Source: the human T2T-CHM13v2.0 reference genome, Homo sapiens. From it: DNA of 64,000 bases. Below the pieces are notes generated by a model that did no database searches, was not told the origin of the DNA, and saw only the letters and a list, made by a program, of their open reading frames with translations. The DNA lies in the NCBI RefSeq assembly GCF_009914755.1, contig NC_060927.1; one strand, given 5' to 3'. Shown here piece by piece: positions 14,951 to 30,388 of the stretch (its first letter is position 1; each line of letters opens with the position of its first letter). Made by a program: the position numbers and the translations under genes.

Positions 14951-15562
14951 TCACAGTCTACCTGATACAGAGACAGAAGGAATGTGATAATACAAATAAT
15001 AATGGTACTCACAACAACAATAAATGACTGGTCTTTGATATTTAATCTCTAATATCAATTGTCTTGAGACAACAAGGCTTTTTGAATTCAATATCAGAGG
15101 GTTTAACTGTGAGGTACTTGGCATGGGTCTGAATTGCATGTATATTGTATGACTGATTGAAAGAAGATTATCTGATACACATGAGAAGTGTGGAGGTGGG
15201 AGCTGACATTTTGTTAGAAGTGCATGCCTGGCATTTTGATATACTATTGCACCTCCTCAAATCTTTTTAACAGAAACAAACTACTTTGTGATGATAGAAT
15301 AGCATAATACAGGACAGCGGAAAAATCTTAGTGCTTTTTGTTCTGGTTTTGATTTTGCAACTAAATATGTATGATAAATAGGAAATTAGTGCATTGGAGC
15401 ATATGCATCTGTTAAAGCAGATTGACTGCTTGGTTATCACACTATAAACAACATTTTTGAAGAATTTTAAAATTTATAATCTCTGATATAATGTTAAATG
15501 AAAAATAAGATACAAAGCCACACATAAAGAGGGTTCACATTTAAGCACCATCACCTATACAA

Positions 15563-15624
15563 AACACACACGCACACAGTCACACACACACACATACACA
15601 CAGTCACACACACACTTACACACA
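15563..15624. repeat. Imperfect (CA)n
   Basis: CA run with CAGT interruptions. Confidence 0.9.
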
Positions 15625-15769
15625 GATACAAGTATACATAGAAATACAAACCATGAAAATAAAGTTACCAAAACAGTTGTTATCACTAAAGTTTTGAATG
15701 AGTGTTTTTTATTTCTTTATTAACCTTGTTATTACTTCTCATATTTTCTACAATGAGTATCACTGTTTT

Positions 15770-16064
<295 letters not shown>

Positions 16065-16378
16065 GTATCATTGTTTTAATGAATACACTGTCTTACACGA
16101 GGGCTTGCCTAGCTCTCTCAAAAGTCTAAGAAACAATGAATAATATTATTTTATTTAAACATTATTTAAAAACATGAAAACAGTGAATACAAAGTTGAAC
16201 TCTCCTCTTACAATAATAAAAATTCTTCTTGAATAATTCTGTATCCTACCATTCCATGAATTGTATCCATGGAAAAGTGTATGTTTTTCTGATTCATTTA
16301 TTTATTTGCTTCTAGGTTATTGGATGAAGAAATCTAGGAATAGAATGAATAACTGTATAGATTACACCTCTGATGCCT

Positions 16379-16379
<1 letters not shown>

Positions 16380-16413
<34 letters not shown>
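16380..16413. repeat. (GT)n microsatellite
   Basis: Perfect dinucleotide run. Confidence 0.98.
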
Positions 16414-16415
<2 letters not shown>

Positions 16416-16661
16416 CTTCCCTTGTGATTTTCTCTCCTTTTCCTGCCTAATAATGATGTAGCTGATCTGCTTATCATGTTCCTTTATTTCTATAATTCCA
16501 ATTGTTGTAGATCCCATAGAGGTGTTCACTCTTGCTCTCTCTCTCTCTTCTCTCTCCCTCTCACACACACACAGATTAAATAGAGAAAATTAAGTAAAGA
16601 GAGGAAAATGAGGAATAATTTCATACTTTAATATATTCATTCATTCATTGCTCTTTGATAA

Positions 16662-17217
16662 TTTTTTTCTTTTTTAATTTTATTTTTCCCTAAGTTATTG
16701 GGGTATAGGTGGTATTTGGTTACATTAGTAAGTTCTTTAACGGACATTTGTGAGATCCTGGTGCACCCATCACCTGAGCAGTATACACTGCACCATATTT
16801 GTTGTCTTTTTTCCCATGCTCCCCTCCCACTCTTTCCCTCAAGTCCCCAAACTCCATTGTATCATTCTTATGCCTTTGCGTCCTCATAGCTTAGCTCCCA
16901 CATATCAGTGAGAACATACGATGTTCGGTTTCCCATTCCTGAGTTACTTCACTTAGAATAATAGTCTCTAATCTCATCCAGGTCATTGCAAATGCTGTTA
17001 ATTCATTCATTTTTATGGCTGAGCAGTATTCCACTGTATATGTATACACCGTAGTTTCTTTATCCACTCATTGATTGATGGGCATTTGGGTTGGTTCCAC
17101 GATTTGCTACTGTGAATTGTGCTGCTATAAACACACGTGTGCAAGTATCATTTTCGAATAATGACTTCTTTTCCTCTGGGTAGATACCCAGTAGTGGGAT
17201 TGCTGGATCAAATGGTA
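16662..17217 (-). mobile_element. 5'-truncated L1 3' end (L1PB-like)
   Basis: GGTGCACCCATCACCTGAGCAGTATACACTG, CCTCATAGCTTAGCTCCCAC, CCCAGTAGTGGGATTGCTGGATCAAATGGTA. Confidence 0.9.
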
Positions 17218-20200
17218 AGTAGAGCTCTATGATGTTTTGATACTCTTCTATGGCATAGACTTAGTGCTCCCATGTTCTAAGTGTTATGAAAGGCTGAAGA
17301 TAGGAATATTAGAACATGGCCCCCTTCCTGAGTTATATAGCTTAGAACAATGGTACTCAAACTTAAGAATGTGTAAGAATTACCTAGGCCATAGCACTTA
17401 CACATGGAATATCAAGAGGGAGAACAGACTAGGAGAAGACGTTTGAATTCAGCTGCCCATGTAAAGTATAAAGAATTATTTTTACCCAGAATCTTGAAGG
17501 GGAAGGAACTGAGTCACACAGACAAGAATGTGCCTAAAGCAATTCAGCAGTTCAGAGTGGAATGAAAAGGACCCTGGTTCCCTGCTCTTAAGCCAGTGTT
17601 CTTTAGCTGGCTAGAACTCAGCTCTCTGTTTAAAAAATGAATGGGTTGCAGTGGAGCGCTGTGTTCCAAGTAGGATTTGTAAGACTTCTGGAATTCTGAA
17701 AAAATTCTACTGGTTTTCTGCCTGTTTCTCTGTCTATACTTGAATTCACTGAGGCCAAAAATGGTAACTTTTTACCCAGTAGCTGGCAACATTCCTGGTA
17801 ATTAGAAAGTGATCAGTAAATGCTCAATGACTATCTGAATGATTGCATTTTTCAAAAAGAAATCTGAAGTCTAAATTTTGAGCCAACTAAACATCATATT
17901 TCTTTGGTTTTGGGTGGTTTGGGAAAAATCCAATGTGTTCTCTGAAAGGAAAACATATTTGGAGATATGATTATTTTTTTCTGTAAATAAAGTTACTTTG
18001 TTGTAAATATAAATATACATGCTCATTTTATAAAAGAAAATGAAAGGAGAAAAAAGAGCAAAATATCTGTATTGACACCACTCATAATTACCACTCATAA
18101 TTTTTGTTTTGTTTTTCTTATTCACATATAGGACTTTTATCATGATATATGTATGAATTTATATCCTGTTATTTTTCTGAAACATTATAGCATAACAGGA
18201 TTAAGTATCCTATTACCTCTACAGTTCCTGATATTTATAAAGATAAATTATGAAAATAATGTTTGAATGAGAAGGTTTTTCTGTTTATATGCTGTTCCAA
18301 AGAACCTTAGGTATCAGAATTTATCTGAGCCCAAAAACGTCCCTTAGGTACCTTAAGCTACCCAAATTCTTTGAATTCTTTCAATCAAATCCCCTAATTT
18401 TATAAAGAGGAAATTGAAACCCAAGAAACAATATAAGTGAATTTGTTTGAACCCAGGAATTTCAGTACTTGTTGTCCTAATTTAAAATTGTGTCCCAAAG
18501 AATATTTATCTTTGAATTTGTTGATGTTTGCTCTTTTAAAAAGGAAAGAAGAATAATAAACTAATTCCTCGTTTTACCTTTAAAAGGAAGTTTCACTGGA
18601 GGAATAAGACCCAAATGAATGAACCCCCACCAGTCATTCGTATCCCCCAGCTGATGAGGATTTCAGCAGTTGTGCTGACACCTTGATCTTGGGCTAGCCA
18701 CCCTCCCCTTGCTCTGCCATGGAGCTTGGTCACCTTGTACCATGGTCAAAATAATGGTGCTCTCTTTCAAAAGCCATCCTTAGATTTCCAGCTAATAGTG
18801 TGTAGAAAAGAGAAAACATAATTTTTTAGTACCCCAAATTCTAGGTTATCTACTGCACTGAATGATCTAAAATATCAAGTAGGCGCTTTCAGCAAAGCTG
18901 TTAGAAATATAAATAGAAAAAATAGGAAAGATTATTTGTGGGACCATTCAAACTAAGACTGTTGTTGTTCTCATTATTATTGTTGTTTTTAAAGGACACT
19001 GTCCATATATTGCAAGACATGTTGCCCACTGCCCTTCACCTATGGGATTATATAAACGCAATCCTATTTTTTAAATAGTTGTGCAGAAAATCGAGAAGGG
19101 AGCTACCTTAACTGTGTATTCAGTTCTTGAGTGACAAAGACAGGCGTGAGAGAGAGAGTCCCTTGCTTCCAAATCACCCCTCCTTTGCCTCACCCTTTTC
19201 AGGACAAACCGACTACCAGAAATGAATCTAACCCATGTGGTCACTACAGGATTTATCTGGGCATTTGCTGAACCTGCTCGCAATTTATTTTTATTTCTTC
19301 CGATAGACATGGATTTGGCACAGGGGAGTGAATTCTTTTTGAAGCAGCAGATGTGCCTGGTACACCCGTTTGCTGTAACCATTTGTGCTGTGGTTGAAAA
19401 AAATTTTTTTAAGAGTGCAGAATTGTTGAAGGGGGAGGGTTAAAAAACCAGAGCCATTTTAGTGATTATGCAAAGTTAGAATGTGAGTAATTTTGCTGCA
19501 GTTAGTCATTATGTGCTTTCATAGCTTGTTTTACAGGGATAAAGGGATGTGTACAGGTTTGGTGAATAGAGCTCTTATTTGTTCCTAATAGTCACTCTTC
19601 ATGAAAACATTTTCTACCCTTCCTCCTACTCTGTGGCAAAAGTGCTCTCTCCTTGGAAATTATACCTTTCTGGGATCCATTCCTTTTATCCATCTACAAT
19701 CAGTGGACAGACAACTCCATTTTGAAGAACAAATACGTTAGAAGAAGAATTTTTTTCTCCTATACAATCTACAGTGTAACTGATACACATTCAAATCATC
19801 GTAATACAGTGATCATTATAAAATGAGAGTGTTTTCTGCAAAGAGGAAAAAAAAAACTGAGCAAACATCTAGTGACTTTGTTAGGAGCTTAATGTGCTCT
19901 AAATATGATGTCCTTCAAATATTTTATTTGAAATATTTGATAGGTCTTAGAAAATTTTGCTCATGGAATTCTCTGAGAACTGTAACACACCACCTATTCC
20001 TTTTTCGCTTTGCTTTCGGTCACCCAAATTTTTTTAGAAATATGTGAACGAGGGTCTGTTTGTTTCCACTGAAGCAAATATAGCCACTTGCTCACACTGG
20101 TGGCTTCTTTTACTGAAGTCCGTGAATATGTTAGAAACTCTTGTATGAAAATACAGCAACCCAATTTGTCCCTATTGAGCCTACTTTGTGATTTCCATGC

Positions 20201-20297
20201 CCTGCTGCCTGGTGTGTATACACTGAGATCCACTTTGTTAAAGAACAAAACTGGGTTTGTTACTTTTTTGTAGGCTTATTATTAAGTCTGAGCATTC

Positions 20298-20500
20298 TGG
20301 TGTGAGGTTAGGAACGCTGGTTTCAGACTCTGGAAAACAGAGTTCTAATCCTGACCCTCTGAAGACCTTCTCACTTTGGGCAAATCTTTCCTGAGCCTTG
20401 TTTCCTTGAGGAAAATGTAGAGATGTGTGATATTCACATTTCTTACGCCCTACAGTTATGTGAGGAATACTGTATGTTTCAGTTATGCACAGATAAATTA
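20298..20500 (+). mobile_element. MIR
   Basis: GAGTTCTAATCCTGACCCT...TTGGGCAAATC...CTGAGCCTTGTTTCCT. Confidence 0.65.
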
Positions 20501-21049
20501 GTTATTTCTTCTCAAAGAATCCTCTGTTAAAAATTATTCCCCAAATAGCTCTTTTTCGACACTTGTCTCAAGGTGGTCACATTTTAATTTCTGCCACTGA
20601 TACACAAATTTCAGTGATAAGAAACCCCTGAATGACTTGAGAGTTTCCTGAGAGATGGGATCCCACCTATTTTATTATCTTTTGTCTTTTTATGGCTTCC
20701 GAGTAGCAGTAAAAGATAGGAATGGTTGGTTCTATTACAGTAGTTGATTATAACCAAAAACTAGTGAACCACACTCTCCAAATGTCCTGCTACCTACAGC
20801 TAAGAAACCCAATGTTTATAAACTAACTCAGAACTTTTAAAATTAGATTGAACTACAGAACCCTCTATCATACTTAAATCTTCTTAGATGAATGGTGCAC
20901 AAAACTGATGGGGGATGGGAAGTGTGGGCAATTCTGTTACCGAACTATTTCCCTTATTGTTTCATTTGATTAAACACTTCTCTCTTGTATGGAATTTGCC
21001 AATAATACATTATTGAAAAAACTGATTTCAATAATATGTTATTGAAAAA

Positions 21050-21700
21050 ACTAATTTATTGAATAAAAACATATGGAAAAATCTCTTTGCTAGACCCTAA
21101 GGATGGAAAGCCCAAATTTCTACCCACATGGAGTTTAGAGAGGAAAGGAACACTAAATAAGTAATTGCAAAACAAGACGTAAGGGTTATCATAAGGATAA
21201 TGCAAACTATTAAAGAGACATTAATGGTGGGCACCTTGTCTAATTTTGGAGGTTCCAGATTGGCTTCCTAAAGGAGGCATCATTTCGTTTGAAATCTGAA
21301 GGATGAATAACCAGTTAGAAGTTGCGAGATGGAAGCAGGTTGGAAAGTGTTCAAATCAGGGCAACCACAGGATAGCTGGAGTGTTGACTCCTGTGTAGAG
21401 GAAAGTAAGAGAGGAGGCTAAGAAGATAAACAGTAGTTCTATCAGGAAAGAATTTGGACTTCATGGTAAGAGCAATGAGAACTCTTGAGAGATTTTAATA
21501 CAGGAAGGCAATGATCATATTTGAGTTCTTAAAATTTGATTTTAGAATAGAGTACGTACTAGAGGACAATAAGCAGTCAGTTTCTTTAAAAATACACATA
21601 TACGTGTGTATGTGTTTGTTGCAGTAAGCTAGGTCACTAATCATAGTGGACTGGACTAGGGCACCAATAAGTTAATAGAAGTAGAAACATTGACGGTAAC
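21050..21700 (-). mobile_element. L2 fragment
   Basis: GGCTTCCTAAAGGAGG, GAAATCTGAAGGATGAATA, GAATTTGGACTTCAT. Confidence 0.7.
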
Positions 21701-22979
21701 TAGTAGAGAGAATTAACAAGCTTTACTGCATCAAGAGGAGAAAAAAAATTGTGATCACGTTTATAACATATAATCACATTGCTAAAATCTTTAAAATATC
21801 TGTTAACCTTGAAACATAACTGATTTATATAGTTTTTGTCAATATACATATGAACCATTATCTTACTTTTCTTTTAAACTGGTATTTCGAATTAATGTTT
21901 TCTGGCTTTCCAGCTGCATACCATTCCATTAGCTCAATGTTCTAGGATTTTCTCAACCATCCTCTGATTTTTCCTTTAATATAAACAAGTAAAATCACTT
22001 ATGTGCGTTTTAATAGCTCTTCATTGCAAGTTTGTCCACCAAAAGAATCATTTCAATTTTCAGTGCTACCAGTCATATAAAAACGCACCTGTAATATTCC
22101 CACTGGGATTGAGTTTTATTATTTCTTGCCTAATTGGTTGAACTCACAGTATTTTTCACTAAACCCCTGGCCTGATTGGAGAAAAGTGTCTGGTCCCTTG
22201 AGGAGATGCTTCAGCAAACGAGGTCGCTTGTTATGGAAATAGGCTCTTCTCTCACTACATTTCTAGATGATAGAACACACTCAGATTGATTTCACCTTCA
22301 TCACAATGGCATTTTATCCAGTGCTGGACACATGCATGCTAAGAACTGAGTGTACTGTATGGGTATTTATAATACCCATATTCATTCTAGGAAATAATTA
22401 TACATGGCTGGGTATTTACATAAACAGGAGCCTTGGAGACCTCTCAAGTTCAAAACCGATGGCATTCTATCTCATTTGAAAGTCATTGGGGTGGGAGAGG
22501 ACACTCCTTAAAATATTGGATTTCTTAGTTTTAATCTGATGATATGCTAGCTTTATGAAGATGTGAGTGCAGGCCCTCACCTGGATCGTTGCTTCTCTTT
22601 TTAATAGGAACTAGAAAATGAAGATTTTCAAGGTAGCATCTGGGTGCTCCTAATTGACTTGATTTTATGTTTGAGAAAACTACCTTGACATACCAACATT
22701 GGGGTCTCTAGAAGTCCAGGGAGATGTTTTTCTTCACAGTGTCATATACCCTATCATAAGTGTTGTGAGGATTAAATGGAAAAGCTTCTGGGACAAAAAC
22801 TGCTCTGAAGTGCCACACCAGACTATACTGTTTTAACTATTTCTGGCTCTGAAGCTATTAAGAATAACCCGTCACTAGCAGAGCACAAGGCTGTGAAATG
22901 AATAAGTGCTGATACATTTCAAAGAAGTAAGATATTTATGTGTGCATCTCTCTGGCAAAAACTATCGGGGACTCGTTAG

Positions 22980-22981
<2 letters not shown>

Positions 22982-23031
<50 letters not shown>
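22982..23031. repeat. (GT)n microsatellite
   Basis: Long GT run. Confidence 0.98.
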
Positions 23032-23032
<1 letters not shown>

Positions 23033-23759
23033 TTTATGTGTTCATTGAGGACTAAAAATTAGTATTAGTAGTATATTGGCAGCAATGTTTTGAACTCGGT
23101 GGCACCAACTAAAATTGTGTGATTTTTATTTCGTGCATAATATTTGAGATTATTTTAACTCATCACCAGATTTCAGCTACTATTTATCCTCATTTATAAG
23201 GTTACTTTTTTTCTTTAATGTGGAAAATAAACAAAAACATAAAATGGAGAACAAAATTTTCTCTTAACTGCCTCACCTAGTGTAAAACTGTAACCTTTTA
23301 AAATACATTGAAACCATTTTTAATTTTCTGCTATGCTTCTTCCTTTTTTTGTATGTACATACACATGGACATTGGAATACCACAATATTTTAGAGTGTGT
23401 TTGCTTGGTTTTTAAAATAATGTATATATTTCTGATATATATTATGTTAAATATATATTTATTTTTATACATTTATATATAAGAAATGTATAATATATAC
23501 TATGCCTATATAATATATATTTCTTCCTTTGAGTGAAAAAGTAATATGTGGTAGACACTTAGCAAAATAGGAAAAGTATATAGAATAGCCAAAAATAACC
23601 CCTTTAAAATAACCAATGTTATCAGTTGGGAATAGATCCTTCTAGCCATATATGTATGCATATGTATATATGAGATATAGATAGATGCATTACTTATCAA
23701 CAGGTATAAAACAATATTTTCTAACTGAATTTTAAAACAAAGAAAAATTTTGATACATA

Positions 23760-24380
23760 TTATTATTTTTATTATATAGTGGTAAAATATACATAATACA
23801 GAATTTCACATTCTAACCAATTTTAAGCGTATAATTCACTGGCACTAAGTACATTTACATTGTTGTGCAACCATCACCAGCAGAACTGTATCTATTCAAA
23901 CTGAAATGACATATCCATTAAACAATAATGCACTAGCTACATTCTTCCTTCTCCCATCCCATGGCAATCACCATTCTGCTTTCTAGCTTTATAAATTTGA
24001 CTCTTCTAGGGGCCTCCTATATGTAGAACCATATGGTATTTGTTTTTTGTTTTTTGTTTTTGTAACTGGCTTGTTTCTTCAAGCTTCAAGCTTAATCTCT
24101 TCAAGCTTCATCTATGTTGTAGCATGTATCAGAATTTTCTTATTACATTGTGTGTGTGTATATATATGTATAGATATATAGATAGATATAGATGTGTGTG
24201 TGTATATATATATATCACATTTTATTTATCCATTCATCCATCAGTGGACACTTGAATTGCTTCTTCCTTTGGCTATTGTGAATAATACTGCTATGAACAT
24301 ATTACCATGATTGTACAAATAGCTGCATTCCTGCTTTTAGTTATTTTAGGTATCTACCCAGAAGTTGAATTGCCAGATTA
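23760..24380 (-). mobile_element. L1MB-like 3' end, within older L1M-like AT-rich sequence
   Basis: GTGGTAAAATATACATAA...CATTGTTGTGCAACCATCACCA...TTTATCCATTCATCCATCAGTGGACACTTG. Confidence 0.85.
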
Positions 24381-24986
24381 TTGATATATTTTGAAATATT
24401 TTTATGGCATTGTTTTAATGACTGTGTAGTATTCTATTATATGACTATACTGTAATGTATATAAACAATCCTCATGTATTGATTATTTAAATTTTCCATT
24501 ATCTTTTAGTTTTATAAAGTACACTATTAACACGGAGCTTCTTGAAACTAAACATTTATGCTCTCTGGTCATTTCCATAGGCTAAATTTTAAGAAATGAA
24601 ACTATGGGTTTAAAAAGTATAAACTTTATTAGGGCTTTTGTTACATATCACCAAATTACACCACTGATTTCCCATAAAAATTTTATAGAAACAAACATTA
24701 ACTTCGTCCCTAAATCTAAATTATATAATCAGTTTTCCTTCTAAGACAAGTGGAGTCACACCATTATGTCACTCATAGCCCCTAACTCCAAGTGGGATTT
24801 CCTGTTCGGCTTTAGCAACAGTATCTAAAAGTAGTTTTGAACTCTGGTTTTAACTGACAATCACCTGCCCCTTCCCTTTTGAATTTCCAGATTTCACTCT
24901 GTTGAGTGGGTTTATCTACAATAACTTGCATTTAAAAAGCCCTAAATGATTCTGTTGTGCAGTCAGATTTAAGAAATGCTTTTCTA

Positions 24987-25436
<450 letters not shown>

Positions 25437-25994
25437 TTAGGTTGTTTTCCAACTCATGGGGTCATCTATCAAGTGGATAGTGTAAGTGGCCTGGTTGGAT
25501 GAGGAATGGAGATATGGGTACTTACCCTGAATTATGGAAGATAATTAGTGAGATGACTCAAGAAAGCAAATTTAGTTATTCTTCTAGTCATGGTTAGGAT
25601 AAAATGATGATGTAATTTTTGCATAGAGCCAAAAGAAGCAGCAAATTAGGGATTTCATTATAACTGAAATAGGTTAGCTGTGTTTCCATTTTTGCTCATT
25701 GTACAAACTCAGAAACCAATTATATTTATTTATCCAGCCATTATTTATTAAGTGCCTACCTGATATGAATCCCTAATAATGAGACCAAGCTCTTCTTGGG
25801 CAATAAAACTCTGAATATTGCACATTTACTCTTGGAATCACTGGATTTTTGAGAGTCAGAGTATCTTCTTTTATAGGTACCTCGACCCCAGTGAAGCTCT
25901 TTTTTTTTCTCCTGAGTGATATAGAAATATTTTTTTATTTGAAGAGAAAGATTATTTATTAAAAAAAAAAAAAAGGAGAAGAGTAACTTAGCAT

Positions 25995-26145
25995 TTCCCC
26001 TCCTTTGTTGTTCAGATGAAGAGTCAGTCTAGAGAAGTCACGTGACTTTCCCAATGTCACTAAATTCTAAACAGTGGTAAAGCTGGCACTTTTTTTCTCG
26101 GTCTCCCAAGTTCCAGTGCACAACTCTTCAATTGCATGCTTCCTA
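25995..26145 (-). mobile_element. MIR
   Basis: CAGATGAAGA...AGAGAAGTCACGTGACTTTCCCAATGTCAC. Confidence 0.7.
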
Positions 26146-26256
26146 GTGATACTTACATTTGCCAGTATCCATAACTTCAACTGGGAATTGTAAAGTGCAC
26201 CTCATGCACTACAGGTGACCTGCAGAAATTGTTTTATTTCTCTTCCTTGTGTTTGA

Positions 26257-26295
<39 letters not shown>
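26257..26295. repeat. (AAT)n microsatellite
   Basis: Perfect trinucleotide run. Confidence 0.98.
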
Positions 26296-26297
<2 letters not shown>

Positions 26298-26629
26298 ACA
26301 CAGCTTTAAAGTCAGAAGAGTAATATTGGATTTATATTCCACATGTCAGCAGTGAGCTGGCATGGGATAGCAGCTGCCTTTTTAACAGAGTAAACTCTTC
26401 AGCTTTATAGTTCACATCACTTTGTTGTTTCCTAGACACTGGCATTCTCATTTTCTGTTCATTCTCCAATTTATTCAATTTTTCTTCTAGGAGAGAGAAA
26501 GATTTTCCAGTGTCTACATTTTGATCACTTATCTCTTAAAAATAGGAAAACTACGGATAGACTGATAAAGAATTTTGTGGTTTTTTTTTTTTAACATGTC
26601 AACTATTATATTTCACTGTTTTATTACCT

Positions 26630-26872
26630 GAGAGAGGTGGATGGTTTTTAAAACCCCAAACTATGCAGCCAGATGACCCAGGCTTGAACCTTCGATCTGC
26701 CACCTACTAGTGATGTGTCCTTGGGCAGTTACTTAATCTCTCGTCAATATCTTCTTCTGGAAAATGAGGATTGGTTTCCGTCTCAGGAGTAACTGTGAGG
26801 ATTATATATAAATTATGTTCAACACAAAATGTTTGCACCAGGTAATTTCTATATAAATGTTTGCTATTATTA
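26630..26872 (+). mobile_element. MIR
   Basis: CTGCCACCTACTAGTGATGTGTCCTTGGGCAGTTACTTAATCTCTC...AAAATGAGGAT. Confidence 0.85.
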
Positions 26873-27929
26873 CACATTTTTGGGGTTACCAATAGGTATT
26901 TTAGCTTGTGTTTTCTGCCACAGGGATGTCCAGACAAAGTAGATAACTGAAAGTGAAAAGCACTTGAGGTATTCTTCAAATAACTCAAATAATTGTCATG
27001 AAAATATAATTGAAATGGAAATATTCATCATCTTAATCTTCTAGCAAGTCAACCATCCCCCTTTTGATATTTTGTATATTCCTTGGCCATATGAAAATAT
27101 CATTCTCTATGGCCTCAATTGTATTGTACAAATGAATTCACATCATGTGTTTTTCATTTAAAATTTACATTTAAATCTTAAGCAGTTTCCCATGTCATGT
27201 AGCTGAAATTAAAATGTAATAAAATGATTTTGAATTTCGTGCTGCTGTTTAAACGTTGACCTTTTGCTACTGTCTATTTTCTCCTTCTGTTACATTGGAA
27301 AATTTTCTAAGTAGAAATCACTTTTACTCATCACACTAAATTTTGCCCCAAATATTCTGTAACTAAGAACTTTCTGAGTGCAATGAGTGTGACTTTCTTT
27401 GTCTCATAGTGAATCTAGTAAGCAGCTCAATGCCTGTTACATAGTAGACTTTCAATAAATTTCTATTGAATAAATAATTTGGATTGAATTTCTGGGATTT
27501 GTGGTATTGTGTTTACTTGGCAGTAAATTCAGAATGTACTTTGTTTTAGTACATGTTGTTAAATACTATTTTTAAATGCATTCGTCTCTTTCCTTTCTTA
27601 GTAAGTTTATTTAAAAATTGCCCTTTATTTCCAGAGGGGATTTGAGTCAGCATCAAGTAAAACTTACACATATAGTATGGCCATAAAAATGAAAACAAGT
27701 ACCTCAAAGTCTTCCTGGAAAAATAATAGTATCAATACATTCCAAATTAAAATCATTAAACTATTTAGAGGTGGAGGGGCACTAATGAGATGACTGTAAT
27801 TAGGCACACATTACATATTTTACAGAATTTCTTGATTGTCAAGTCAATAAGGAAAATAAGATAGTTCATATTTTTTCATGGTCAGTTATAATCTGACCAA
27901 AGAAATGCATTTTTCTTGGGATATTAACC

Positions 27930-28870
27930 TTCATTCATTCATCAAATATTTGTTAAATGCCAGCTTATGGGCTATGATATGATGAAGCATAATGAGGAAG
28001 CAGCAGGGAATAAAAAGGACAGTCTCTACTAGTATAGAAGCAGACATATGCACATGTGATATGTACAGGGAGGGAGAAGTAAAGAGCACCCACTGTGCTG
28101 GAGGATTCAGGCAAAGTTTCACGGAGGAACCTGACATTCAGCTTGAGATGTAAGACATTCCTAGGAATCAGCTAGATAATTCAAAGACAATGGAGAAGTG
28201 CATTGGTGTAGGTATCATTGTTGAGATGTGAGAGAGCTTGGCACAATAGACATGAAAGAAGGTCAATGTATCTCAAAGAGAGGTAGAAGAGGTGGATTTG
28301 CATCCATCATTCCCCTAACCTGTTGAAGATTTTTGAGCAGGAAAGCAATATGATTAGATTTGCATTTGCAATAAATCACTCTGGCTACCAAATGAAGGAC
28401 TCATTGAAAAACAGTCGTGGACATTGGGAGACCAGTTTGGATGTTTTTAGAGAATTCATAATGAAAAATGGTGGAATCTTGGCATGGGATTGTAGTAGTG
28501 GAAATGGTAAAATGTGGACATATTTGTGAGTTATGGAATTCCCTATTTAGAGAGTAGGAGCAACAGGATTTAGTTCTTGAATGGAAAGTAGGCAGTCTCA
28601 GAAATGATTCCCAGTGTTCTCCTTTGAGCAACAACTGGGTGGATGAGAAAACCAAATGAAAAGCAGATCAGGGTGGATGATGAAATCTGTTTTTAATATA
28701 TTGAGTCTGAAAAGCATATGAGACATTCAAGCAGACACATGAAATAGACAGTTGAGGATTTGGGCTTAGTATTCAGAATACAGATGAATTCTGGAGACAG
28801 AAATTCTAAAGTCTTCATAACATAGAAGGTATATCACGTTGTGGCCATGGTCCTGGAGACAATCGAGAGA
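27930..28870 (-). mobile_element. L2 (3' portion)
   Basis: TTCATTCATTCATCAAATATTTGTTAAATGCC tail; TTTTGAGCAGGAAAGCAATATGATTAGATTTGCATTT. Confidence 0.85.
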
Positions 28871-29099
28871 CAAAAGCAGAGATCTGGTGTCAAATAAAGG
28901 GAATCATTATTCAGCGGCTATTGAGCAATATATTGGGTATTGTCATTAGTAACAATTTCACAGAAAGATTTAAGAAGCATTTTATTTTTCGTAAGATAAT
29001 ATTCCATTTGATGCAGATAGATAGCTTTCTGGTAAACTAGGTTGATCCAGAGATAAAGATTAAAAAATTCCCAGGGACATTTGGTTAACATTTTACTTC

Positions 29100-29275
29100 C
29101 AATGGTTCTCAACTAGAGAGGAAACCACCTCCTGATGGGGAGTTTGGAAATGAATGGGCACATTTTTATAAACTGTCACAATGACTGGAGGACACTGTTA
29201 TCATTTATCGGGTAGGGAGCAAAATACATTACTGTCAAACTCAAGAAGACCATAGTACTCTGTTGAGAGACACTG
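29100..29275 (+). mobile_element. MER20/MER20B-like hAT-Charlie MITE
   Basis: Terminal inverted repeats CAATGGTTCTCAAC ... GTTGAGAGACACTG; internal TGTCACAATGACTGG. Confidence 0.7.
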
Positions 29276-30341
29276 ATAAACTCTTGTGCCACATATGTTT
29301 CTCTGGCTTGCTGATTGTGAAGTTCCGAGCTGACTGTCAAGAACGGTCACAGACCTTCTCTAGATTTTCACCTCCACAGTACTCTCTTTGTCCTGAACCT
29401 AGAGGAGATGACGGCTCTGCCTCTGCTAGTTCCATATTATTTCCCTGTCCTTCGTGACTCCTCTGCAATTACATGGGGCCATGTACATAATACCTGTGTA
29501 AATCAGATCCTTGAGAAGACCTAGTTGGTGTGTGCTGTCATTTTTATTTGAATCCTGACTCTTATGGCTATCTTTTCCACATATCATTTGTCTCAAATAT
29601 AGTTTCCTAGGGATCTCATAGTTCCAGATTTAGCTTCCTGTTAAGTTACAAGAAGCTGGATAGAGTGGTATCTTTTTGTTTGGTTGGTTTTTGTGTTTTG
29701 TTTTGTTCTGTTTTTTTGGATATTCGTCTTTAAAAGGGTAAACTTGTCATTTACTTTTGTAATTTAAGCAGCCTGGATATTCTTGTCTTGTTGGTGGAGG
29801 GGCTTTACCTTTCTGCTTGAAGGTGGTCCCAATAGTACTAAATAGAAACATAGTTTCCTCATTAAGCAATTTATTAAAATATGTATGTTCAAGACATTCC
29901 TAAAAAATACTCAGTTAAGACTCCAACATTCTATTACAGAGGACGTGGAAAAGGCGTTTTGAACCTAGAAAAAATTTAAGGTCAGATTTTTCTCGTCAAT
30001 AATGCCAGTCATAAAAAAGTCAGCGTAGATGGGCATTGAATGAAAGAGGGAATAAAGCTTTGCTTTTCTTTGATGACTCAAGATCAGCAGAAACCCAGAG
30101 TTCCTATTTTGAACACTTTACAAACCCAACTATAAATGGAGACAGTGACTGAGCAACTGGGCTGATGACAGGCATGCTCTCTGCTGCAGCTGTAAAGTCT
30201 GCCCCAAGAAAGCAGTTCAAAATTTGCATAGTTTGAAATTGAAAACCAATAACATTCATTAACAAAAAAGAATATAGACCTAACTCCTTAAAAGTAACTT
30301 TTTTTTTATAAGTTTCTTCTTTCAGTCTCTTTCTTGGTGAA

Positions 30342-30342
<1 letters not shown>

Positions 30343-30386
<44 letters not shown>
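30343..30386. repeat. (AC)n microsatellite
   Basis: Perfect run. Confidence 0.98.
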
Positions 30387-30388
<2 letters not shown>

